A stretch of DNA of 59,268 bases, counting the filler, from Bipalium vagum (taxonomy: Eukaryota): the NCBI GenBank assembly GCA_037834085.1. It is 3 parts of 3 records of this genome, joined end to end, with 100 filler letters (N's around TTAATTAATTAA, not from the genome) between each part and the next. Parts side by side here need not be neighbours in the genome. Positions count along the whole stretch, not along the records: positions 1 to 25,033 come from JBBMKC010197720.1; 2 more parts are not named here. The stretch is one strand, 5' to 3'. This document shows positions 1-11,870 of the stretch, in pieces. The notes beneath the pieces were generated by a model that had not been told where the DNA came from, did not search any database, and saw only the letters and a list, made by a program, of their open reading frames with translations. The position numbers were made by a program, and so were the translations under genes. Every line of letters starts with the position of its first letter. The first letter of the stretch is position 1.

Positions 1-251
1 CGAACAATTAGTTTATTTGAATTTTTTTAAATAAGTACCTCATGCTTGGATTAACAATTATTAAATGGTTTTAATTTAAAGTTTTAGAAATTATAATGTT
101 AAATTTTTAAATAAATATTTTAAATAAATATTTTAAATAAATGTTGGTTAATTTTAATAAAAGGTGAGGTCCAAGTTTGAAAAGTTTGTTTAATCAATTG
201 GATTTAATGAAATAGATTATTATTGCTTCGACTTTAAATTCTTATTTACAA

Positions 252-1072
252 ATGACTACTCAAGAATAAAACCATGCGGCATCAACACTGTCGGACTCGA
301 TCGCAGACAGAATAGCTCCTGATGTATTGAGAAAAGGAGACGATTTGGGTGTTTTATAAAAAGATACTTTGACATTAAGGAGACACCAATAAAGAAGAGA
401 GAAACAGCGATTTATGCGCTTTTACATGAAGATCTATGGGAGGCCTACGAGGAAACATCTGGGAAGACAAGCGGGTTTGAAGCTAGAATCCATCTATTGT
501 TCGAGAAAGAAAAAAATGTCGTTGACGACTGGGAAGAATTAATAATGTATAGCAGAGGCAGTGAGGACATTGAAGGCTTTTTTAGGAAGGTAAGATCATT
601 GGTAGAGAAAGCACTGTCACATGATTTGACTGTTGAAAAGCTTGAGGCATTGATCTTAGTACAGTGCATTGGAGATAAGGAGGTCGCACGAGAAGTTAGA
701 ATGCGAAGGCTAGAAAAAGGAAGGAAAATTAAAGATTTGGTGAGATTGGTGACCGACATCACAGAAAAAAGAGCAGAAAAGTCGGTGAATGCAGTAAGGA
801 GTTACAGAGATGTTGTTACAAGAAAGGTAACACAAAATCAGGACACCAGAATGCCCTCATTTAAAGGAAGACAAAGCGCAAGAGAAAATATTAAATGTTA
901 TGGATGTAATAAGGAGAGTCATTTAGCTCGTAACTGTACAGAAAGAAGACAAATAGAATGCTGGACCTGTTCGAGTCAGGGTCACATAAGCAGGGATTGT
1001 CCAAAAAAGAAACCTCAAGTATGCTTCGGATGTCAGAGAGAGGGTCATATTAGGAGAAATTGTCCAAATATG
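252..1072 (+). mobile_element. LTR retrotransposon (probably Ty3/Gypsy-like) gag relic with three CCHC zinc knuckles; 5' part disrupted, 3' end truncated
   Basis: ORF 497-1132 contains CYGCNKESHLARNC, CWTCSSQGHISRDC and CFGCQREGHIRRNC (CX2CX4HX4C). The upstream frame from ATG 252 has stops and a frameshift. No pol follows; sequence after ~1073 belongs to another element. Confidence 0.8.
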
Positions 1073-1073
1073 T

Positions 1074-1505
1074 ATGCTTTTCTTAGCTGCCGCCTATCCA
1101 ATTTGTCGAATGCTGCTACAATAGATGCTTGAAGATCTAATTTATTAGCATTGGTGCACTTATTAGAAACTCTTTCAATAACGCACCAGATAAAATAGTC
1201 TAATTTGTTTAAACCTAGTTTATTTGGAGGCCATTTTTCTTTAAATCAAAATATGTCAAAATTAAAATTTAACCATATTTTTACTAAAATTCCGATATGA
1301 GTGAGTGCACCATCGTGTTGAAAAACATAGGAGTTTTTAGCAGCTACACTAGTGATACAAGGCCGTACTGTCTACATCAGAATCCCAATCTACACATTTT
1401 TTGTAATCTTTTCCCCAGATCCAAAGAAATATGGTGGCATGATATCACCCTCACTTGAAACAATACTTAAAACATGAAGATTTGCAGAAAATTTTGTTCC
1501 ATCCA
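1074..1505 (-). mobile_element. Tc1/mariner superfamily, maT (DD37D)-like transposase C-terminal fragment
   Basis: Minus-strand translation gives SYVFQHDGALTH...KKWPPNKLGLNKLDYFIWCVIERVSNK, a decayed FQQDGAPxH / WPPNSPDLNPLDYxxW pattern. Confidence 0.75.
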
Positions 1506-2783
1506 TAGCTTTTATTTTTTAAAATGATTCTGTTAAATTTTTTGAAGGAATTTATATAACATTCTTCTTAACCCATTGATGACAACTTTTATAAACCCAA
1601 TGCATCATGGTTTTTCTTTAACCCATTGATGACATGGTTTAATTATAACCCATTTCATTTGATCAAGTATTTTATTTAACTCAAGTTGGTTAAAAACTAG
1701 ACATGATCAAATCTGTTTTATGAAATTTGTGTTCATTTATGTAATCAATTTATTAGATAATAAACGACCTGGCACAATATAAATCCTGAGCTGCAAAAAT
1801 ATTGAGTATTTTTTCTCTAAATAATTTCTTAGAGTTTCACTTAATTACTGTTTGAAGTTTTTGAAAAGTTTATGAAAAAAAACTAGAGTAACTTTTCCAT
1901 TGAAATAACTGTTATTAATAAATAAATAATATAATCTCTATACATCTCAATACACTCAATCCAATGCTTTCTATTTCAAGTCTAAAGTACGATTTGGATA
2001 GTCTACAAAATAGTAGTCCAGAGGCGGTATATGTTTTCACTTTAGTCAGCTTCAGTCTACTGAAAACGTTTGTTTTTATGACTATGGTGATCAGTTGATA
2101 TATGTTTTATATTTTAAACAAAATATAAAAATACTGTTAATTCATTTTAAAACAAATCAAATTAACAAACAAATAATATCGTAATCTGAAGATAGACGAA
2201 TGTAATTTAGTTTATCAAAATCTTTTTTAATCATTAAAAATATGTTACGCTCATTGAAATATAAATACTGTATATAAAATTCGACACTATTTTAAATGTT
2301 TTATATATCTATTATCTCTTTGAAGCACAGGCACCTGTTTAGACGATTTTAACAAAAATTCGAATTAGAACGGTGAGGCTTGATGAATGATCTAACTACA
2401 ATTAATGGAATGATTTTCGAGCTGTTGTAAAGGCTCGGTTTAATTTTTTGAGGTAATTTGCAAAAAAAACCACCGTTCATTCCAATTATCAAAAAAACTG
2501 GACACTACTATAAAAAATCTTTGACTTCAGACAACAGTTGGAATTTTTAGATATAGCCTTTATTAAAATATTTTAAAGGTTAAATTTACATTTTTTGTTC
2601 AGAAATCTTCAGTATATTTAATTTAATCAATTCACCGTCGCAAAAAATGAGTCTTTAAATTAGAAATTAATTAATAAATAAATAAACAATAAAATTAATA
2701 AATAAAAATGTATAATATTTAATTTTAACCATGTGTTGGGTGGGCCAAAGGCACAAAACCCGTTGATAATGATAATAATAATA

Positions 2784-3578
2784 CACTGTTTTCACCTCTA
2801 TTTTGACAACGTTAAGGTTATTTTTGACATTGTAATATTCTTTATTTTCTGATCTCTCTCTTCGTACAAATTCCTTCCGTTTTGAAAATACATTTTCAAT
2901 GGGGTTTTAAAAAGTTGAGTATGGAGGTAAAATAATAAACTGAAACCGTTTTTCTCTATGAATTTCCTTATTCTTGAAGTTTTATGGAAAGGAACATTGT
3001 TCATTATTAAAGACTATTTCGTATAAATATTTTTTAAGCAAAGCTATTAGATTTTCTATACATTCAAATAGGACGGGTTTGAGCATTATAATATACAATA
3101 CAAAATAAAGATTCCATATTCATTGTACAGCAATCAGATATGTTTCTTGATCGTATATTTCTTGTAAAGATTGGACAACCTGAATGTTTTTTTTTCTTTA
3201 AAAGATCGATCTCTCTTAGCTTTCATGCTTAAATTAAAGCTAACTTCGTCAATAAAAAATACTTTATTTTCAGAAATTTGAGAAAGAAGTTCAATAAAAT
3301 CTTGTGAATTGCAAAATCTTGATTGTATATTGGATGCATCATTTCCTTTTGTTGGAATATTATGCACTCATTTTAAGGTATAAATTAAAATCTGATGTGA
3401 CATTGTTGATTGTAATCTTTGAAACCGTTACATTGAATTCTTCCAAACACTTATCAGCAATATTTGTTAAAGAGATCGAACAATCTTCATCAATTCATTC
3501 TCTAATAATTTTTTGCTGTTAAGCCGAAAATTTTATCAAAAAAGACCTTTACAATGTCAAAATAGAGGTGGAAACGGT

Positions 3579-3579
<1 letters not shown>
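2784..3579 (-). mobile_element. Internally deleted IS630/Tc1-like DNA transposon with both TIRs and TA target duplication
   Basis: Left end TA|CACTGTTTTCACCTCTATTTTGACAACGTTAAGG matches the reverse complement of the right end TA|CACCGTTTCCACCTCTATTTTGACATTGTAAAGG. Internal DDE remnants: KVFFIDEVSFNLSM, MNNVPFHK, and a frameshifted PYS...PIENVFSKWK. Confidence 0.85.
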
Positions 3580-3580
<1 letters not shown>

Positions 3581-3613
<33 letters not shown>

Positions 3614-3628
3614 TATTATTATTATTAT
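3581..3628. repeat. (AAT)n microsatellite switching to (ATT)n
   Basis: Seen directly in the sequence. Confidence 0.9.
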
Positions 3629-3982
3629 AAAATAGTAATTAATAATGAGGGAATAAATAAATATGGCGACACCGAGATAATAATAATGATAATAATAACA
3701 AAAGACTTTGTTATAGAAAAATAATAATTGTAATAATAATAACCATAAGTGATCGCCGTCGATGCTATAGGAGTTTAATAATTATTAAACCTCCGACGTG
3801 AGAGCAATTAATTTCTTTGTCTCGGCGTGGAGACAAAAATAGAAATAATGAACTATTGATGGAAATAGCCGTCTCGAAGAGTAGGGATTGGTGATGGTAG
3901 CCCAATCTCTACGACTATATAAAGGGAAGGCTATTCACAGAAATTTGCCCATAAACGATTTTTCAAAGCTCAAACAAACAAT

Positions 3983-4050
3983 TTTCCAGAGGACGATTAT
4001 AATTTCAGAGGACGATTACAATTTCAGAGAACGATTCCAATTTCAGAGGG
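3983..4050. repeat. 19-bp tandem minisatellite, about 3.5 copies (ATTTCAGAGGACGATTACA)
   Basis: tttccagaggacgattata / atttcagaggacgattaca / atttcagagaacgattcca / atttcagagg. Confidence 0.8.
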
Positions 4051-4822
4051 ACAATTTGACACGATTTTCCAGAGAACCCGAGGACAGTTCAAGAATTCCA
4101 GTATTCAATTTTAGCGGGTATGGTTTCGCAAGAGGATTTACCAAGGGAACCCATTGAGTTTGGAAATCCCTAGGTGACCTGCGAAGGGCCTAGAGGACGA
4201 CCCGGGGAACCCCTTATCGCTCCTGGTGAGACCGTTTTATTTTGTTAATTCTTGAACTCTTTTTTTTTGTGATCATTCTTCTCATTCTTTCCTTTAAAGC
4301 TATTTGATTAGATTATTATTATAATTCATTTTTGTTGTGTTCATTGTTATTTTGACCATTGACTCGATTTTGACTATTTTACGTTGAAGCCATTTTGTTT
4401 TGAGTATTGGACATATTTTTGGTGATTTGAGAGTGTTGAAGCGAAGTTTTTTGTTTCATCAGGCAGCTGTGACATTTATAATAAAGTTTTATTGTGAGTG
4501 TTTTGATTTTTTTGAATGAATACAAATAGGCACAAAACCCAGAAAAACTGTTCGGAAAATAAATAATGCATTTGACCCTGTAACTGTTACTCAACGTATG
4601 AAAAATCCTTGGTTTGAAAGGTTTCTTCATGAGGATAAGTTTAATGAAATTTTTGAGTTTTGATTTTGTTTAATGAACACATTTTTTTAATCCCAATTGT
4701 TTTTTTCCTTCATATATACTTCTTATATAAGAAATATTATTAATATTTAAAATAAATACAATTAATTGTGTAATCAAAATTCGTAAAATTCTTTATATAA
4801 TGACAGTTTGGCCGTTTCCGAG

Positions 4823-4851
4823 GGGTGTCGTTATACAGAGGTTTAACTGTA
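4823..4851 (-). mobile_element. pogo/Tigger-like terminal inverted repeat (orphan end)
   Basis: Reverse complement reads TA|CAGTTAAACCTCTGTATAACGACACC, resembling pogo-type termini (TA-CAGT..ACCTC..TA..CG). No partner end found. Confidence 0.5.
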
Positions 4852-4899
4852 CTTAAATCTTAAAATTGTGTACAGTTTCGAAACCGAAGAATCAAATAT

Positions 4900-6345
4900 T
4901 GGTTTTTAAAATTTTTGTTTAAATATTCTACTATATTATTCAAATTGAGTAATTCAACAAAGCACTTTAAAAATTTCAGCATTTAGAATCACAGCAAAAA
5001 CAATCACCCTTTATAATGTCTCAGAAAGTCAAATGTCTGGCAACATTTTTCTAGGGCAAGTAAAAAGATTAACTTGCAACAAGGTACTGAAATCACAGGT
5101 ATTGTGAGAAACAGATTAAGTGAATTTGGATTGAGTTTAAATTATGATATCGTCGGAGAAACATCTGGTGGAGCAAGGAGAATGATTTATTTCATCAACT
5201 CTATTCAGCCCATTGTATTCATTTAACACTATGCGTTGTTTTGTACAAAGGAATAAAACTGGAAAAAGATGATGAAAAAATCAGTTTGAAAAAAGAAGAT
5301 TATTAAGAAATTAATGAAGACTGGGATGATTATGATAATCCTATCGAGCTGGCTTTTGAATATGAAATAAATTGTAATTCTTTGTGTTGCCAGATATTAC
5401 TTAGGCTGAATAAAAAAAAGTTAAAAGAACATACAAATCTTTCAGGAAATTGTCATTGAAAAACGACTATTTGTAAGAAATATTTAAGAATGGGTCAAAA
5501 GAAAATGGACCTAAACTTATATTAGATACTTCCACAAGACGGAATAGTATTATTACAAAGATTTTTAGATTTATAGAATTAAAAAGTTGCATTCCTCTGG
5601 CTTTAAGAATTTGTGAAATCTGTAAAACTACGAGTATATCTTGACAAGGAATTGAAATAGCTAAACTTTTAAACACAATCCGTCCTTTAGAAATACATAT
5701 TAAAAAGTTTTCCACGGAAGAAGCTTCATTGTTGAAAACTGAAAATTCAACTAAATTTATTTTAAAAGAATTATTATAAATAAGTAATACAAAAAAATTG
5801 TCTTAGCCACAAGGGTAAAGAAAAATTTGATTGAAAGGTACAATTTGCGATGGATAAGTGAATTTATTGGACTAAAACCTAATCTCGAATATCCCGATAA
5901 AGTAAGAAAAATTATTTATTCAAAGCCTTCCTTATTGCCAAATTATGAAACGATAAAGAGAACTTTTAACAGGCTTTATCAATCTCACGATCTTCAAACA
6001 TAAGCAAAAAAGTGAAGATGATATTTTACTTTCAACTGGCATTAATAATGAATCAAATGATCCATTGCTTTACCGATATCTCACTGAAGTGGTTAACTAG
6101 AGTAAGAAATCTAATCCCTCTTCTCTACCTACTGTTGATTTAGGGAGAGATCTAAAATTATATGAAGCAACATGGAAACGATATGAGCGTTTTGAAATGA
6201 TATACCTGATCCTATACACAATTAAAGCACCAATTGTAGAATCTGAAAGAACTTTTTCATCTGCAGGATATTTTTTAACAAAGATTCGTTCTCTTTTATC
6301 GCCCAAAACACTTGATTTTTTGACTTTTTTGAAGTCCTACTTTGC
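4900..6345 (+). mobile_element. hAT transposase pseudogene
   Basis: Fragments VGETSGGARRM (decayed TDGA motif), TRRNS (TRWNS motif) and the C-terminal dimerisation motif IVESERTFSSAGYFLTKIRSLLSPKTLDFLTFLKSYF. Many stops and frameshifts. Confidence 0.8.
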
Positions 6346-6359
6346 ACATATATATTATA

Positions 6360-6560
6360 TCCGGTGATCTGGCCGCTCAATGGAACGGCTCATCCTTCTT
6401 CATCTTCCAAAATTTTTGTTTAAAATATCTCTTACAAAACTTCTTTTATGTACAGGTGCCCATCTTATTGAAAACATATTTAATTCTGCGACAAAATTGT
6501 GGCATGAAAATTTATGAAATTCTCTTAAAAACACTTAAGATACCCCTCAGTTCGTAGATA
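6360..6560 (-). mobile_element. mariner transposase N-terminal fragment
   Basis: Decayed ELRGIL...EF...LEDEE pattern of the mariner HTH region. Confidence 0.45.
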
Positions 6561-8189
6561 AAATAAATAATACTCAAATTTTAACCTCATTTTGTGTTCA
6601 GAAGTCTTTGTATCGGTAAAAATTCAGTCAAAGAGTAAAATATTACAATTTATAAATTAAAATTAAATTAAGTATAAAAAGGATCAACTCAACTCAGACA
6701 CGTCAAACTTAATTTTTTAAAATAGTTCAGATTATTTTATTTAGAATTTACTCAAACGTGAATTAATTTAACAAATATAGAAATATTTTTGAATTTCATT
6801 TAAGTCCTTTTTCAAGTTAAATTAGTTTAATATGATTTTAAAAAATTGATTAAATTTAATATTTTGATCTACACAAATGTAAAAATTTTAAATATCAATT
6901 TTTGGATCAATTGTTACATATATTTTTTAAAAAATTATTTTTTTTATAAAATGAGAATATATATTTATAATTATGGATCTTAGGATTCGAGTATTTTTGA
7001 AAAATAATACCAAACATTTAATGTAAAATAAGACATCTCCATTTAGAACTCTTCTTTTGTTTTAATTTAAGTGAATGTTTTGGATATTAATTGAAATATT
7101 TATGTTTTATCATTTAATTTTATATTTATATCTATTTTTTTATTTCTTATCAGTTATCTTAACAGGTTTGAAAAAAGTTTACAAGGTTTCAAGATTCAAT
7201 AAGTTTAATATGATAACATATTCAAAGTTTTAAACATGTTTACGTAAAAAATATCCATGAGTTAGCCAGGAGCATTTCACAAAAGTTATCAATAGTAATT
7301 ATTTTCATTATCGATTCAAGATAAAATTGATTTAGATAAAAAATTATATTTCACAGTTAATTTACATATTTATTTTTTAAAAATCAATTAATAATATTTT
7401 TAAATAAAGTAAAGCATATTTCAAAATTTTTATAATTTGAAAATTTTAATGACATTTTGTCATTTATAAAGTTCACATTCAACTTAATTTGAATTTTTGT
7501 TTATTATAAAATAAATAAAAAATATATGAAATTTTTTAATTATTTTTTTTATATATTATATTTTTAGAGTTATTATGTTGATAATAATTGTAAGGATTAA
7601 ATTTTAATTAATATTATTCAATAAATAATAAATCATAAATATTTTTAAAATAAATTTTAAAGTAATATATTAAAATTTAATCCTTAATGTAAAATAATTT
7701 TTTTAATAATTTTGATAAATTTAAAAATTTTTTTTAAAAATTAAATAATTATATTAATTTTAATAGTTTTAGATAATTATTTTTTTTAAAGAAAAGATAA
7801 AAAGAGGACACTTATTAAAACCATACAATTATTTTCTTCAAATAAAAATGTTACCAAATCTTGAGTTCATTAATTCTGAAACTGTCGATAACGTGGCAGT
7901 AACTAACAATAATAATTATTATTTTGATTTATATAACATTATTTGAAATTATTATTATATATTTTTGGTCAAAATATATATGAATAAAATTTAACAAATT
8001 TAAGGATCATTTTATTATCATTTCTTTATTTAAGTCCACATAAAAAATATATTAAATTTCATTGATTGAATTATTTTTGCCAAAAATTCATTGGCAAATG
8101 ACTTAAGAATTAAAATTAAAATATTATAATTTAATATTTTTATTCTTTATTTATCATGTAATAATACTGAAATAATAATTATTGAATGC

Positions 8190-8495
8190 CTGAATGACAT
8201 TTTTTAATAATATTTTGATATCGCTGATGAGAATCCTTGTTTTCAAGGATTTGACCATTTGAATTTTGTAAGGGAAGAGTTTTAAATCCAATTGCAAAAT
8301 CTTCTGAAGTGATTTTCTCTATATGCCTACCTGAGAAGAGCGACGTCGAATAGATACATATGAATCCTGAAGTATGCTCTGCTGTACACATTGTACGGCC
8401 GCATCATTATGCACAGTCAGATAAGAACTCTTCCGAGAAGATCTGCGACTGATACACTATTTTCAAAACGAACGATTAGGTTCCGAATCATGTTT
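8190..8495 (-). mobile_element. Tc1/mariner superfamily, rosa/DD41D-type (DUF4817-associated) transposase N-terminal fragment
   Basis: MIRNLIVRFENSVSVADLLGR, then after a frameshift AAVQCVQQSILQDSYVSIRRRSSQVGI*RKSLQKILQLDLKLFPYKIQMV. This matches the family pattern SIRRRSxQLG..SLxRILxxDLxLxPYKIQ. Confidence 0.75.
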
Positions 8496-9037
8496 AAAGT
8501 AGGGGATTTTTTACATTAAAATATGTCAGATATCTTTTTTGTTAAAATAATAGGCTTATCATTCGAATAGAATAACTCTTAGTTTTACTCGGTGTTGAAT
8601 ATTATATATATTCATTTAAATCTCCAAAGGATGCTAAATATTATCTAAAACTTTTAAAAAATAATTATTAGTTTAAATTTTAAATAAATTTATCAACAGA
8701 TCAATATTTTAGTGTCCATCCTGAACTAGTCTATTAATTTTTTCCTCTAAAAGTCAGTGATATTTAGGAAAATAATTATGAGAAAAATAAATTCACGAAA
8801 CTTATTCATTTTTTAATGAATTTAATTTAATTATATTTAAATTCATAGTTCACCTTGAGAATAATATCTATTTCAAACAAAATATTTTTTGTTTTTAAAT
8901 TGGATGAATTTATAAATGAGGATGAGTTTTATAAGTTTCGGCGTATCTAAAATGTAAATGAATTTTAAAAAATATCTATAGTGATTTTTTATTTCACGTT
9001 TTAGTATAACAATGCTTGACCAAAACATTTAATTTAC

Positions 9038-9244
9038 CTTGTAAAGATGGTAACAACAGATATCTGAGCATGTTATCTTTCGAAAAGTTATTGCCAACCA
9101 CTACAGAAAACTTTTTTCCTTTCATTATCCACGGATTTTCACCTCGAATAACTTTGAGATTCTTTAACGAAATTGATTCGGCTGAATTCGAGAATACAAA
9201 AAGGTATCCAGAGATTTCTTCAATTGAGTTTAGAAAGGAGATAT
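9038..9244 (-). CDS. egfr: EGFR-family receptor tyrosine kinase, coding exon 3 (receptor L1 domain)
   Basis: ttttag|AT...CAAG|gtaaat, phase 1/1. Encodes DISFLNSIEEISGYLFVFSNSAESISLKNLKVIRGENP...LLLPSLQ, matching EGFR DLSFLKTIQEVAGYVLI...LENLQIIRG. Confidence 0.88.
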
Positions 9245-10614
9245 CTAAAAAAAACCCGCATTTTATCAATTAAGATTAAAGAGAATGTGTAATAATAAAA
9301 TAAAAATATAGAAGGCTGATTCAACAAAGTTAGGATTTCAGTCAGAATTCCTGAAATCTGAATCTCTGGTGATGAAGCAATAAGGTTAAAGCAGAAATTG
9401 TTTATCACTACAATCGATATGCCTATTTTAATTTATTAATATTTTTTTATTAATATAAATTTAGGAGTGAAATTTGAAATGCAGAAAACTAATTGAATTT
9501 TCGATATGTATTACTGTTTATTACAAAAAGGGTAAAAATACCTTAAAATATAAATTAAGATGATGTACTTTATACGAAAAAGATTCTGTAACTAAACGTC
9601 AATAACAAACTTGGTTTCGTTCTGTAAGTTTCGAATTTTAAAATCATCCATTTTAAGCCTACCAAAGTAGGTGATGACAAACTGCAGTTTGGTCAGAATG
9701 GTAGGGTTCAAATGTCTTCAGCTGTTACGAAAGACCCAATCATTAATGCCGGGGTTTGATGTTATCAATTAATTAAATTAGTGAACCTAAAGAGGCCAAT
9801 ATTGACGAATATAAAATGAATAATTTATCAGTTTGATAAATCCAAATCTCACATAAATTTGATGAATTGGCAGTAGCTATTGGAGCTTGAATAGTACATA
9901 CCAAATTACCTTATTTTCAGGATAGATAGTTTCTATGGATTTTTAGATTTTAAAAAACCTACCCATACTCACTTAATCCAGTTTCTGCAAGACAAGAAGG
10001 TATACACGGATGGAATTTAAAATCAACCTTGTATGTGTTGGATCAAAATAAAATGAATAAATGGAACTGAACCCATAGTGCATTTGTTTTATTATATTTA
10101 TTCAATTAATTAGTTACTTTATTTTTATTAAAGTTATTTAATTTTTAACGTTTAATGATGTAAACTTTTGGACAAGCTATATTGTAGGTCAAATTATACA
10201 CATTGGGTGATGAGCAGGTCATTTTTCACACATTGCATAAATTAAACCTATATTAAGATTATTTTATTTAATAATTATTGTATTGTATATATTAAATTAT
10301 AATTCAATATTTGAGGCCAGTACGATGAAATTATAAACCTAACGATTGGAGATTAAATATGGAGTATTCAATAATGGTACTCAACTATGAGATATCATAA
10401 AATATGTTGATACAAGCAGGTTACTTATTATTTGATACATACATTTATTATAAAATAGTTCAGATTGAAGAAGCGATGTGAAACCACAAGGCTAAAACTA
10501 ATCGACCAAGGTGCTCATTTTACCAATTCTGGGCCTTAGTAATAGCAGATTGCTGCTACAAGCCTCTAAAATTTGAACCAAAAATTATATCTTTTCAATC
10601 ATATACAGAATAGC

Positions 10615-11030
10615 TAGACAAGGCAGCAATATATATATTGATGAGGCAAGAGTATATCGTGACTTAAACAAAACATGTATACATGAATCAGTTTGTCGTA
10701 AATATCAGTTTGTTGATTATGATCGCAATATCCACACACAAAACGTCAAAAGCTGCAACAACAAAATCAAAGAAAGGCTGAAAGCTATGTATGGAGCACA
10801 TAATCACCTCAGAGTTGATTTTCTTCAAGAATTTATGTGGTTGCAATATCATATAATAACTTTAAAGATACGATGGATTTGTTAATAAAAATATAGTCGC
10901 TGGTTGTCAATTTTATCTGTCTTGTTATTATTGACATTGGTTTTTTATTTTAGGTCAGAAAACAACATAGGTAATTTTTTAGGTCAGAAAAAATACATGG
11001 GTAATTCTGTTGGTCATAAAAAACATTGTC
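10615..11030 (+). mobile_element. Merlin (IS1016/IS1595-like) transposase C-terminal fragment plus subterminal tandem repeats
   Basis: GSNIYIDEARVYRDL...HESVCRKYQFVD...IHTQNVKS...K...YG...FLQEFMW fits the ISXO2/Merlin DDE pattern. It is followed by ~33-bp repeats (ttttaggtcagaaaa...taggtaatt) at 10948-11030. Confidence 0.8.
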
Positions 11031-11549
11031 CAAATTTTTTAGTTTTGCTGGTATATTTTTATCATTTCAGCAATTTTTTTAAGAATTAAAACCTATTGCT
11101 CTATTTCTGGTTATGTTTCTCATTTTTGTTCACTTTTTAAAAATAACATACTAAATACTGATTTCTTGATTATCCTTCTTAACTGACTTTAGATAAGTTT
11201 TGTTCGTTAAACCAGGTAAGGTTAAATCTATATTTGCATTAAGAGCAATTTTCACCGAAGTAGTTTACATACTATGAAAATACTTTATTCATCGTATCAT
11301 AATTTGAACAATTATTTTCAAGATTTATGAGTTTCTTCAAGAAATTCTCATTAATTTAAGTCATTTAATTTTAGTGTCACTAAGAGATAATATAGAAATA
11401 TTCTTTTCTTTAAATGTCTCATTTTCTTAACAATGATTTCAATTTTTAGATATTTTCATTTTATATTACACTTTTATACCAGAAACTTTTCTGATAAGTA
11501 TTTTTAGGAAATTATTTATTTTTGTTTTTTTTGAATTGAAATAAGAATA

Positions 11550-11870
11550 TTAAGTTGTCCGGAAAGTCTTTTCGGTTTTTGCATTATAGGAAGATATTAA
11601 TATTTTTTCTATGCATAAGGGCAATAAAGTTTGGAAGATGATCAGCACATTAATTACAACCTTTGAATAATGATAAATGGAAAAATGAAAACGGCAGAGT
11701 CCAATTTAAATACATAAACAGACAAGAAGCTCGTAAAACCAATGATACAATTAGCCCAGACACTGCTAATGAACGTACAATGGAAATTACTGTTTGCTAC
11801 GTTCTTTTAATGAAAATTCATGTTGGGAAATATGTGCCCATCGAGTTAAATAAAATGTTTCATTCATGTC
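11550..11870 (+). mobile_element. degenerate mariner 5' end (TIR plus deleted transposase)
   Basis: TIR-like TTAAGTTGTCCGGAAAGTC, ARKTNDTISPDTANERT, and GKYVPIELN (decayed WVPHEL). Confidence 0.6.

Noticed and set aside
445-762. Antisense or shadow ORFs (also 24760-25089, 29544-29732, 41357-41611, 51363-51691)
   Set aside because: They overlap real coding or TE sequence on the opposite strand and show no recognisable motifs.
7855-7902. 48-nt phase-1/1 micro-exon candidate (VTATLSTVSELMNSRF)
   Set aside because: No resemblance to the expected EGFR L1 continuation; such splice-like sites are common by chance.
8224-8256. CTGATGA plus hairpin resembling a hammerhead ribozyme
   Set aside because: The stem is followed by GACC rather than GAAA, stems I and III are absent, and it lies antisense within a transposase relic.
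8331-8456. Apparent 126-nt exon (CISRRSSRKSSYL...RRRSSQ) with AG/GT ends inside the EGFR intron
   Set aside because: Its phase is incompatible with EGFR exon 3, and the flanks continue as a rosa/DD41D-type transposase.
10948-11030. Regularly spaced repeats here and at 3983-4050 considered as CRISPR-like
   Set aside because: Head-to-tail tandem units without unique spacers, no cas genes, and a eukaryotic context.
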